Assembly: GCA_027717595.1 (NCBI GenBank)
Contig: JALLOF010000002.1
Coordinates: 29,324-93,323, forward strand
Source of the DNA: Nitrospinae bacterium AH_259_B05_G02_I21
GTDB lineage: Bacteria > JADFOP01
DNA: 64,000 bases
Direction of reading: 5' to 3'
The translations under genes and the position numbers were made by a program. This document shows positions 47,056 through 54,894 of this stretch, piece after piece (the stretch's first letter is position 1; each line of letters opens with the position of its first letter). The notes under the pieces are model-generated. The model searched no databases. It was not told where the DNA came from and saw only the letters and a program-made list of their open reading frames with translations.

Positions 47056-47958
47056 CTATTCAAGATCAGGCTCCTGTCCGTTTTGCAACCTCTCCAGGGT
47101 CCGCTTGAGCTTTCCGTATATCGTCTGGGCCCTGGCTTTGCGAGTGATTTGAGCCTTCCGTCGGATGCCCGGAACGGCGGTACCGTCTTTCTTGGTGTAG
47201 CCACTGTGGGCCTCCAGGATCTCCCCGATGGCCTCGCCGGTGAGAAGCTGGATGGCCGCGAGGAGTTCATCAATCATTTTCCGGTACTCCCGAAGCCCGT
47301 AGCCCTTGGGCTCCCTGTCTTCCTTCTCAGGCTGGCCGTCTTTGGCTTGCCTATCCCCCTCCTCCTGACTCCTGTAACGGTCGATCCACTGTTTTAGGAG
47401 CGCCTGGGGCAAGAGCTGACGAATGGCATTTCGCTGGGCCTTACTGACAGCCTTGACATCAGCAAAGGAATCAATCTGGAGCTGCCCCGAGGGCAGACGC
47501 CGCATAAGCGCCTGGCGAGACCGCCCGACCCGAACACTTCCGGTCTTGATGTCCTTGGCCTCGACCGTCACCACGACATGGGTCTCCGTCTCCTGCTCCT
47601 CTAAAATCCGGCACTGAATGCCCCCGTACGCTCGGCTTGCCTCCTGGATGCCGATCCAGCTTAGCCCCACGATAGGACGACCACCGGAGTTCATCTCGTA
47701 GACGAACTCGTCAAGGTACATCCCTTCTAGTGTAGCCACAATCTGGGCCTCGTCCCGCTGGTCCATGAGCTGGTAGACATCTTGGGGTTCTTCTTCAGCG
47801 CTCTCTTTAGTCTTTGGCGGCTCTTCTTCTTTGACAGCGGTGATTTCTGGTACAGAAATGCCTTCCATGGGACTTTCGGTGTTTTTCATCGTTTCTCCCT
47901 CCCTTATAATCCACCATCCATGACTAAGATCTAACGACTCCTCCAAAGTCCTTCTCAC
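47056..47958 (-). CDS. hypothetical phage-associated protein (possible single-strand annealing/recombination protein; speculative)
   Basis: 300 aa with acidic N- and C-terminal regions (start probably MKNTESP at ~47889). It sits immediately downstream of the Cas4-like exonuclease, as in phage exo/SSAP pairs. No motif-level support. Confidence 0.35.
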   Translation of the reverse strand: MRRTLEESLDLSHGWWIIREGETMKNTESPMEGISVPEITAVKEEEPPKTKESAEEEPQDVYQLMDQRDEAQIVATLEGMYLDEFVYEMNSGGRPIVGLSWIGIQEASRAYGGIQCRILEEQETETHVVVTVEAKDIKTGSVRVGRSRQALMRRLPSGQLQIDSFADVKAVSKAQRNAIRQLLPQALLKQWIDRYRSQEEGDRQAKDGQPEKEDREPKGYGLREYRKMIDELLAAIQLLTGEAIGEILEAHSGYTKKDGTAVPGIRRKAQITRKARAQTIYGKLKRTLERLQNGQEPDLE

Positions 47959-48748
47959 ACTCCTCCCAGTAGCCGCAATGGCGGCGGGTGCAAAGATAGT
48001 TCTGGCGGTTGGGGGTAAAGATCAGGGCCTCAATCTGTCTCGCCACCAAGCCAATGAGGTTCTTATAGTAGGCCAGGTGCGAGGATGTGACTCGGAATGG
48101 GATCTGGACAAGCTTGGTGTTCTTGGTACGGACAAGATAATCCACGACACATCCCTCTTCGGCTCGTTCCTGGGTTGCCCGGTAGGCTAGGGCATAAGCC
48201 ACCATCTGGTCTTGATGTGCTGGGGCCAAAGCAGGGGCATTCTCCACCTTGGCCGGGCTCCGCTTGACCACCTTTGTGTCCCGAATGATGCTACCTCGCT
48301 CGACCACGTCGGGTACGACAACAAAACGATAGGCGAAGTTGGGCATATCTAGCTCCACTCTCTTCTGAACGGCTGTGGGCTGAACCGTAGGAGCCACATC
48401 ACCTTGGTAGAGGGATAGGACCCGGGCCCCGTCGTCTTTCACTTGACTAGGTTTCTCCTCGGGCCCCCAAAGGGTTTCACTCTTTCGGGCCTCGAAGTCG
48501 GTGGAGAAGGCATCGAGAACTTCGTCCAGGGCCAGATCTTGATGACTCTCGATCTTTTGCCGGTAGTTGTGGGTAATGCCGGAATCGACAGCGCTGCCCA
48601 ATGTGGCCGCACCCGAGGGGGGCCTCTTGAGCCCACGGACATATCGGTAGTACCACTGGGCCGGACAGCGCAGGAACATGTTGACCTGCGTTGGGCTTAG
48701 ATGGGGCTTGGATTCAGTGTTTCGGTTCGATAGTTTATTGTTTTTCAT
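47924..48748 (-). CDS. PD-(D/E)xK nuclease with C-terminal Cys cluster (Cas4-like / phage exonuclease family)
   Basis: D...E.K-type core (VVVPDVVERGSIIRDTKV); N-terminal Cys (RCPAQWYY) and C-terminal cluster YLCTRRHCGYWEEC, typical of Cas4/RecB-family Fe-S nucleases. Confidence 0.6.
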   Translation of the reverse strand: MKNNKLSNRNTESKPHLSPTQVNMFLRCPAQWYYRYVRGLKRPPSGAATLGSAVDSGITHNYRQKIESHQDLALDEVLDAFSTDFEARKSETLWGPEEKPSQVKDDGARVLSLYQGDVAPTVQPTAVQKRVELDMPNFAYRFVVVPDVVERGSIIRDTKVVKRSPAKVENAPALAPAHQDQMVAYALAYRATQERAEEGCVVDYLVRTKNTKLVQIPFRVTSSHLAYYKNLIGLVARQIEALIFTPNRQNYLCTRRHCGYWEECEKDFGGVVRS

Positions 48749-48831
48749 GATTTAAAACCTCTATTTCCTCTATCAGCGGGCACGAAATCTCGGGCCCCAA
48801 GGGAGTTTCTTGTAGGCGAATCCTCCCAATT

Positions 48832-49302
48832 ATGGTATTTTGCGAAGCTGAATGGATTATCGTTAGAATAGCCTATTCTGTTTATATTGTCAAGTCCAAT
48901 ATGGAGCTTCCGATGATGAAAAATCTACCACAAAATTTGGGCCAAAGGATCCGTCAATTTCGCGCAGAAAGAGGGCTCTCGCAGTCGAAGATGGCTCGAC
49001 GAATAGACGTCGCAGTCCAGCAGTATAATCGATATGAGCTAGGAAAAACAAAGATTCCTATCGATATCCTCGTGAGAGTAGCTGATATACTAGAGATAAG
49101 CACGGACGTCTTGTTGGGTCGCCAAGAGGCACGGAAAGATGGGGGGCTTTTGGAGGAGAACGTCTTCTATGATTTAGTTGAAAAAATCAAATCTTATCGT
49201 CTCGTAGACTACAAGAAGGAAGAGCGAGAAATTTTGAGAAGTGCAGCCAAGATGCTGGCGGACCGTCTAGAGGAGAAAAAGAAAAAGCGGAAGAAAAACT
49301 GA
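48832..49302 (+). CDS. XRE-family helix-turn-helix transcriptional regulator
   Basis: LGQRIRQFRAERGLSQSKMARRIDVAVQQYNRYELGKTKIPIDILVRVADILEIS is a canonical HTH_XRE; lysine-rich C-terminus. Confidence 0.7.
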   Translation: MVFCEAEWIIVRIAYSVYIVKSNMELPMMKNLPQNLGQRIRQFRAERGLSQSKMARRIDVAVQQYNRYELGKTKIPIDILVRVADILEISTDVLLGRQEARKDGGLLEENVFYDLVEKIKSYRLVDYKKEEREILRSAAKMLADRLEEKKKKRKKN

Positions 49303-49606
49303 TGATGTTGAGGGGATACCCAAGTTGATCATCGAGCGAGTGGAACAGCGGAAAACCCGTCCTCGGAGGAGGAGATAGAAGAGCACTTACACAAGAACCA
49401 TAGAATTTGATCAGGATCGGCGGAGGAATGGTTGCCGGCCGAGCTCTTCTAGAGCAAGGAGTCCCGAGAGAGGGCGAAAGTGAATTGTTGTAAAAGTACC
49501 GAAGCCTCGCGCCTCAAGTAGTGTTATGGAGAGAAATGTCTGAAGGACCTATCGCGCTACCTGGTACATTGATGTCTTACGGCACTAGCTATTAGCTTCA
49601 GGGTAG

Positions 49607-50278
49607 CTAGGCCCTGTTCAAAGATATATTCAACCCAATTTCCTCTATCAAATCCAACGCCTCGTCAGAGAGGTCAGATAGGTCAATTTTTGGCTTCTGT
49701 TGGCTATGAATAGGGCCGCCGTCTAGATCTTCAAGTTTGTCCAACACTTGGAAAAGTTTAGGAACGGCATTCGCGGGGATTTCGCCACTCATCAGCCTCT
49801 CAAGGATCTCAAGGGCGATTTTGCCCTTCTGATTGGTGGAAACCTCAAGGGCAGAGTCTGCAAGGGTAAAGGGCAAAGGCGCTTGGGATCCATACGCGTT
49901 AGTGGCCTTGAGGATTTCCACACAAGCCCGGAGGCGAATCTGTTCGCTGGAGGACCGGGCGAGATCTTTCAAGCCCTGAATAGCCTCGGGGACCAGACTT
50001 CGCAGCTGTCCCACGGCGGCTTGGAACTGCGATCGTTTGGCCCGTTCCAACTCCTCCTGAAAGGCGGGGATTTTGAGCCACTCATGCAGGGTGGAGCGGC
50101 TGACGCCGGCGTTCTTGCTCGCGGCTTCGATGGTGGGGCTCTCAAGAAGAGAAACAATTGCCCGCTGTTGGCGCGGAGTCAGTTTTCCATTGCTGCTCAT
50201 CGGTCTAACTCCTTTCAAAATGGTTGGGTTTATATGGTCTTTCCCTATTCCCCTGCTCCCACAGAACAACAGAGTCAC
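49607..50278 (-). CDS. HTH DNA-binding protein (phage regulatory / terminase-small-subunit-like, uncertain)
   Basis: LTPRQQRAIVSLLESPTIEAASKNAGVSRSTLHEWLK resembles an HTH module; the start is probably MSSNGKL (~50200). Confidence 0.45.
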   Translation of the reverse strand: MTLLFCGSRGIGKDHINPTILKGVRPMSSNGKLTPRQQRAIVSLLESPTIEAASKNAGVSRSTLHEWLKIPAFQEELERAKRSQFQAAVGQLRSLVPEAIQGLKDLARSSSEQIRLRACVEILKATNAYGSQAPLPFTLADSALEVSTNQKGKIALEILERLMSGEIPANAVPKLFQVLDKLEDLDGGPIHSQQKPKIDLSDLSDEALDLIEEIGLNISLNRA

Positions 50279-50508
50279 TCCCTCTTTGCAAGGGTAAAAT
50301 TGAAAAGGGAAGCGTAGGCATATAAGAGATGTTGGATTAGCTTACAAGTCCAGTAAAATAAGCCCCTTGCAGTCCCTACTAGGTGGCTTCTAGTGCCCTC
50401 ATGAGGGAATTGGACAAGGAGAACCTTCCAGCGGGAAATCAGACTCCCATAACATATTGATTATATGGTCATCATGGCGCTATTGTGCCATTGTATAGCT
50501 CTAAAAAG

Positions 50509-50533
50509 TGTCCGAAAATGTCCGATTTTGTCC
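50509..50533. repeat. three TGTCC motifs at exact 10-bp spacing (TGTCCGAAAA TGTCCGATTT TGTCC) in the non-coding part of the element
   Basis: Read directly: TGTCC at 50509, 50519 and 50529. Helical-turn periodicity suggests a protein-binding array (iteron/operator-like). Confidence 0.3.
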
Positions 50534-51092
50534 AGGACTAGCAATGGACGATACAGGTGGGAATAGCTGTACAAAATCAAGGGGATACCCAATATCTTCT
50601 TGATTGGAGAACAAATTCACTAGATTAATCCCCAGCATTCAAATGAGGAGAGGAACCATGATACTATCTAGCGGAGAAAGGTATCTGACGGACGGCTTTG
50701 TTGTGCAGAAGGAGTTAACGGCTATGCGGCTCTATCCGCCCATCGTCAACATGCTGTTCGGAGGCAGGCTTCAATACATGGCTGTACTTAGCGTAGAAGG
50801 GGCTTAATGCGCTCGGGTCCCCGCAAGGCTTCGATGCACGCCGACGATCCTTAGTGCCTCTTGCCTCTAGTCGTTTTAGCAAGGCTCTGTGAAAAACGGT
50901 TTAACAGGTATGCCCTCCTCCACAAACGTGTAAAACGCATAGCCCCGGGGGCCCAGCCATCGCCTCCAGGCCGATTGCTCCCCGCCCCACTCGATCATGA
51001 CAAGCCCAACACAATGTTAGGAAACTCTCCCTCTGATCCTCTCCCTCTGAGAGCGCCCCCCTAGGAGAGCTTCACTAAAGGAAAGGAAACGG

Positions 51093-52145
51093 TCAATTCG
51101 CCTCAGGGCCCGGCGAAACCTCAGCCCTCGCAAGAGCCTTGAGCCTAAGGCGTCGGCCAATCACCACCGACTCGGCCAAGAGACACCCGAGGCCCACAAA
51201 AACGATGGTCGTGAAGATAGTGGCGTGGAGTGCAAAGGCTGCGGAGAGGGCCTGGGCACGGGGTAATCCATAAAGGAGAAGCCCGCCCATGGCAGCGGCG
51301 TGGAAGGTCCCGACGAATCCAGGTGCCGAGGGCAGGACGACCCCAAGGACTATCAGGACCTGTAGGGTGATGACAGCCGAGGGCGGGAGGGTCATGTCAA
51401 AAGCCTTGAACAAGCAGAGGTTGGTAGCCAAAAAAATCCCCCAGATGGCCAGGGTCAAGGCGATGAAGGGTGGCAGGTCTCTACCAGTAGGTACACCCCG
51501 CAAGCCACCTACGAAAGCCTCCCCCCACCCAACCATTTTATCCACCCATGGGGTGGGAAGAAAGGTGAAGGCCCGGCGTAGGAAAGCCAGGGCACGTTCT
51601 GGGCTCCGAGCCAGCCCCCACAGGACCAGCCCACATACCACGGTGACGAGACCAAAGAGCCCCGCACCGATTTGTAGGGAAGCCTTCAAGGCGGGACCTG
51701 TCAGGGACGGCACAAACCATCCAAGAGCCAAGATCATCAGCGGCAGAAAAGAAAGGGCGTCAACAAGCCGCTCCATCACTATAGTGGCGAAGACGCTGCT
51801 AACCGGAACGTGGCCTCCCTCCCCTGCCACGACGGCCCGCACCACCTCGCCCGCCCGGACTGGAAGTAGCATATTGCCAAGGAACCCAATCCCCGTTGCT
51901 CGGATGCAAAGGCCAAGGCTCAAAGGATGAACCGGCTTTAAAAGATAGGTCCACCGCCAGGCGCGAAGGCCAATGACGGCTGCACTTAGGAGCGCTATTA
52001 GCCCAACCCACTCCAGTTTTACTTGAGCGAAGGCTAGGCGGACCTCGTGCCATCCAACCCCTCGAAGGACCCAGCCCAGCAGAAGGAGGCTCACTGCAAA
52101 TCCAGCAATGATGTAACTTCGCTTCACTCGCTGCCTCTCGACCAA
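51093..52145 (-). CDS. flippase-like / lysylphosphatidylglycerol-synthase-TM-region family membrane protein (UPF0104-like)
   Basis: 350 aa, ~8 TM; N-terminus RSYIIAGFAVSLLLLGWVLRGVGWHEV...LLSAAVIGLRAWRWTYLL is typical of this family, which is often partnered with GT2 enzymes. Its 3' ~290 bp is one of the direct repeats. Confidence 0.6.
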   Translation of the reverse strand: MVERQRVKRSYIIAGFAVSLLLLGWVLRGVGWHEVRLAFAQVKLEWVGLIALLSAAVIGLRAWRWTYLLKPVHPLSLGLCIRATGIGFLGNMLLPVRAGEVVRAVVAGEGGHVPVSSVFATIVMERLVDALSFLPLMILALGWFVPSLTGPALKASLQIGAGLFGLVTVVCGLVLWGLARSPERALAFLRRAFTFLPTPWVDKMVGWGEAFVGGLRGVPTGRDLPPFIALTLAIWGIFLATNLCLFKAFDMTLPPSAVITLQVLIVLGVVLPSAPGFVGTFHAAAMGGLLLYGLPRAQALSAAFALHATIFTTIVFVGLGCLLAESVVIGRRLRLKALARAEVSPGPEAN

Positions 52146-52428
52146 TCAAAGACCTCATATTGTACTGAACGAACTCCGTCAAGACAACGGTCCGACCACC
52201 GGGGGACGATCACCGCTGCACCTCTCCAAGCGACGGCCAGCGGGCGGGGCACTTCACAATTCCATATACTCTGCCTCAAGTGCCCCCGCATGGTTGCATC
52301 CGCCGCTTCAAGTGATACCATGGAAGCTAACTGTCCCCTCCCCGGGGACCCTGTTCGCACAAGCCCCCCCTTTTGGAAGCACGGGGCGGTGGCCTGAACA
52401 CGCCTCCTACACGTGCCGAGGGAGGACA

Positions 52429-53463
52429 ATGAGCCAGGAGACCCTGCTAGTCGTCGGCGGCGCCGGGTACATCGGCTCGCACTGTACGACTCTTTTGTTG
52501 GAGCACGGCTATAACGCCTTGGTCCTCGACGACCTCTCCACGGGCCACCGGGAGGCGGTCCCTGAGGAGGCTTCCCTCATAATCGGGGACCTCGGCGACG
52601 CCGCTCTACTGAACAACATATTTGAGCGGCACGATATTTCGGCTGTTTTCCACTTCGCCGCGCTCGCCATCGTCTCCGAATCGCCCCGCCAGCCATTGAC
52701 CTACTACGAAAACAACGTCGCCAAGACCGCCGTCTTGCTCCAGGCCATGGCGAGCCACGAGGTTCCTTGCTTCATCTTCTCCTCAACGGCGGCGGTCTAC
52801 GGAGAGCCGAGCGCCGACGTGCTGACCGAGGATCATCCGACTAGTCCGGTCAATCCGTACGGCCGCTCCAAGTTGATGGTTGAGGCGATGCTGTCCGACG
52901 CCGCCGAAGCCCTGGCGCTTCGCTACGCTTCGCTGCGCTATTTCAATGCCGCCGGCACCGACCCTTCAGGGCGGTGGGGTGAAGACCACCGCCCGGAGAC
53001 TCATCTCATCCCCCGAATCTTGTTGGGTACGCTGGCCCACCAAGGTGTGGCCATCCACCCGGCGGCCGATGTCCCGCCCTGGATCGAGGTCTACGGCACG
53101 GACTACGACACACCCGACGGGACATGCGTCCGCGACTTCATTCACGTCACCGACCTCGCCGAGGCCCACCTCCTGGCCCTCCGCCACCTCCGGCAGGAGG
53201 GGGAGAGCCTGGTCTGCAACCTGGGCTCTGAGACGGGCTTTTCCGTTCGCCAGGTCATCGAGGCGGCCGCCCGTGTGACGGGGACATCCCTGCCCGTCCA
53301 GGAAAAGCCACGACGTCCCAACGAGCCCTCCCGGCTGGTCGCCAGCGCGGCGTTCTCTCGTCGCCTCCTGGGGTGGAATCCCCGCTTCAGCGACCTGGAG
53401 ACCATCATTCAAACGTCATGGGAGTGGCACAAAGCACACCCCCGAGGGTACGCCCAGTCATAG
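52429..53463 (+). CDS. galE: UDP-glucose 4-epimerase
   Basis: LLVVGGAGYIGSH; SSTAAVYGEP; NPYGRSKLMVE (YxxxK); FNAAGTDPSGRWGED; VRDFIHVTDLAEAHL; C-terminal WEWHKAHPRGY. Clearly GalE-like. ATG at 52429 with a GGGAGGA SD. Confidence 0.85.
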   Translation: MSQETLLVVGGAGYIGSHCTTLLLEHGYNALVLDDLSTGHREAVPEEASLIIGDLGDAALLNNIFERHDISAVFHFAALAIVSESPRQPLTYYENNVAKTAVLLQAMASHEVPCFIFSSTAAVYGEPSADVLTEDHPTSPVNPYGRSKLMVEAMLSDAAEALALRYASLRYFNAAGTDPSGRWGEDHRPETHLIPRILLGTLAHQGVAIHPAADVPPWIEVYGTDYDTPDGTCVRDFIHVTDLAEAHLLALRHLRQEGESLVCNLGSETGFSVRQVIEAAARVTGTSLPVQEKPRRPNEPSRLVASAAFSRRLLGWNPRFSDLETIIQTSWEWHKAHPRGYAQS

Positions 53464-53586
53464 AGCCGCATAGAGAAGAACCGCAAGAGGCTCGGTACGC
53501 CCAAAGACGGTTGAGCATGTGAAGGGAGAGCGGGCTTGTGGGGTTAGGCGCCTTCCGCCCACGCCTGAACGGCTCGCACAACCCGG

Positions 53587-54654
53587 TCAACTTCCTCTTC
53601 CGTGAGCTCCGGGAACATGGGAAGGCTCAACACCTCGCGGGCTGCCCGATCGCTTTCCGGGAAGGCCCTTTCCATGTAGCCCCCCCCCTGCAAAAGCCTC
53701 CTGGGCCGGGAGCGACACGGGATAGTGTATTGCCGCTCCGATGCCCTGGTCGGCCAGATGGCGCTTCAGGTCGTCGCGTCGGGCCGCCCCGATGGTGTAC
53801 TGATGGTATACGTGATGGGACCCCGGGGCCTCCGTCGGGCACACCACGCCTGAGACCTTCTCGAGGCCAGCCGTGTAGGCTGCGGCGTGGCGACGGCGAG
53901 CATCGTTCCACCCCTCCAGGTGAGGGAGCTTGACCCGAAGGACGGCGGCCTGGAGAGTGTCCAGGCGGCTATTGTATCCCACCACCCTGTGCAGATAGCG
54001 CTCGGACGCCCCGTGAACGCGAAGCTGGCGGACCAGCTCGGCCAGGGCCGCATCGTCCGTGACCACCATCCCCCCGTCGCCGTAGGCCCCGAGGTTCTTC
54101 GTCGGAAAGAAGCTGAAACAACCGACATCCCCCAAAGATCCGACGACGCGCCCCTGGGAGCGGGCACCGAAGGCCTGTGCGGCATCCTCGATGACGGCCA
54201 AGCCGTGTCGAGCCGCCAGCGCGCTAATCGCCTCCATGGGGGCAGGATGGCCGAACAGGTGGACGGGAATAATGGCTTTGGTCCTCGAGGTGACGGCCGC
54301 TGCCGCCGCACCGGGGTCTAGGGCGTAAGCCTGCGGGTCAACATCCACAAAGACGGGCATGGCGCCACAGTAGATGACAACCTCCGCCGTTGCGATGAAA
54401 GTGAAGGCGGGCACGAGGACTTCATCGCCCGGACCGACGCCGAGAGCCAGCAGGGCCAAGTGGAGGGCGTCCGTGCCTGAGGCCACCCCGACGGCGTGGC
54501 TGGCTCCGCAAAAGGCGGCGACCTCCTCCTCCAGGGCCTCTACCTCGCGGCCCAAGACGAACTGGCCGCTCTCGATGACCCGTCGGATGGCTTCATCCAT
54601 CGCCTCGCGCAAGAAGGCGTATTGGCGCGTCAGGTCGAAAACCGGGATGGACAT
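53587..54654 (-). CDS. DegT/DnrJ/EryC1/StrS-family PLP-dependent sugar aminotransferase; 3' end frameshifted at a G9 homopolymer
   Basis: MSIPVFDL...SGQFVLGREVEALE...GTDALHLAL...FSFFPTKNLGAYGDGG...HYPVSLPAQEAF. After the G9 tract (53680..53688) the frame gives a non-homologous tail. The alternative frame encodes the conserved ...GYMERAFPESDRAAREVLSLPMFPELTEEEVDRVVRAVQAWAEGA* ending at 53544. Confidence 0.8.
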   Translation of the reverse strand: MSIPVFDLTRQYAFLREAMDEAIRRVIESGQFVLGREVEALEEEVAAFCGASHAVGVASGTDALHLALLALGVGPGDEVLVPAFTFIATAEVVIYCGAMPVFVDVDPQAYALDPGAAAAAVTSRTKAIIPVHLFGHPAPMEAISALAARHGLAVIEDAAQAFGARSQGRVVGSLGDVGCFSFFPTKNLGAYGDGGMVVTDDAALAELVRQLRVHGASERYLHRVVGYNSRLDTLQAAVLRVKLPHLEGWNDARRRHAAAYTAGLEKVSGVVCPTEAPGSHHVYHQYTIGAARRDDLKRHLADQGIGAAIHYPVSLPAQEAFAGGGLHGKGLPGKRSGSPRGVEPSHVPGAHGRGS

Positions 54655-54894
54655 CGCTTCCTCGGTGAGGGATGGCAAGGGGCCGTAAGGCCAGCGGCCA
54701 TTAAACCACCCCGGCCGGACACGGCGCAAGAGGGATGTGGAGGGGCACCAACTTCTTTCCAGCCATTTCCATCTGACTCGGACCATGGATGACGAACCGA
54801 TCGCTCCTCCTCGCGCCTTTCATCGTTGACTCCCACCGCGAAGCCGCTACAATTGCCTCGGCTGCACCTGGCTTAGAGGGATAACGGAGCTCCC

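Larger units (their letters stand above)
45701..51390. mobile_element. putative integrated phage-like element or remnant (cargo 45993..51098) bounded by direct repeats of a gene 3' end
   Basis: Direct repeats flank HNH endonuclease, Cas4-like nuclease, XRE and HTH regulators and hypothetical genes. Composition is AT-richer than the flanks. No integrase or structural genes are present, which fits a remnant. Confidence 0.45.

Noticed and set aside
45993-51098. Searched the element for an integrase/recombinase or terminase/capsid genes
   Set aside because: None was recognisable in any frame, so the element is annotated as a remnant rather than an intact prophage or ICE.
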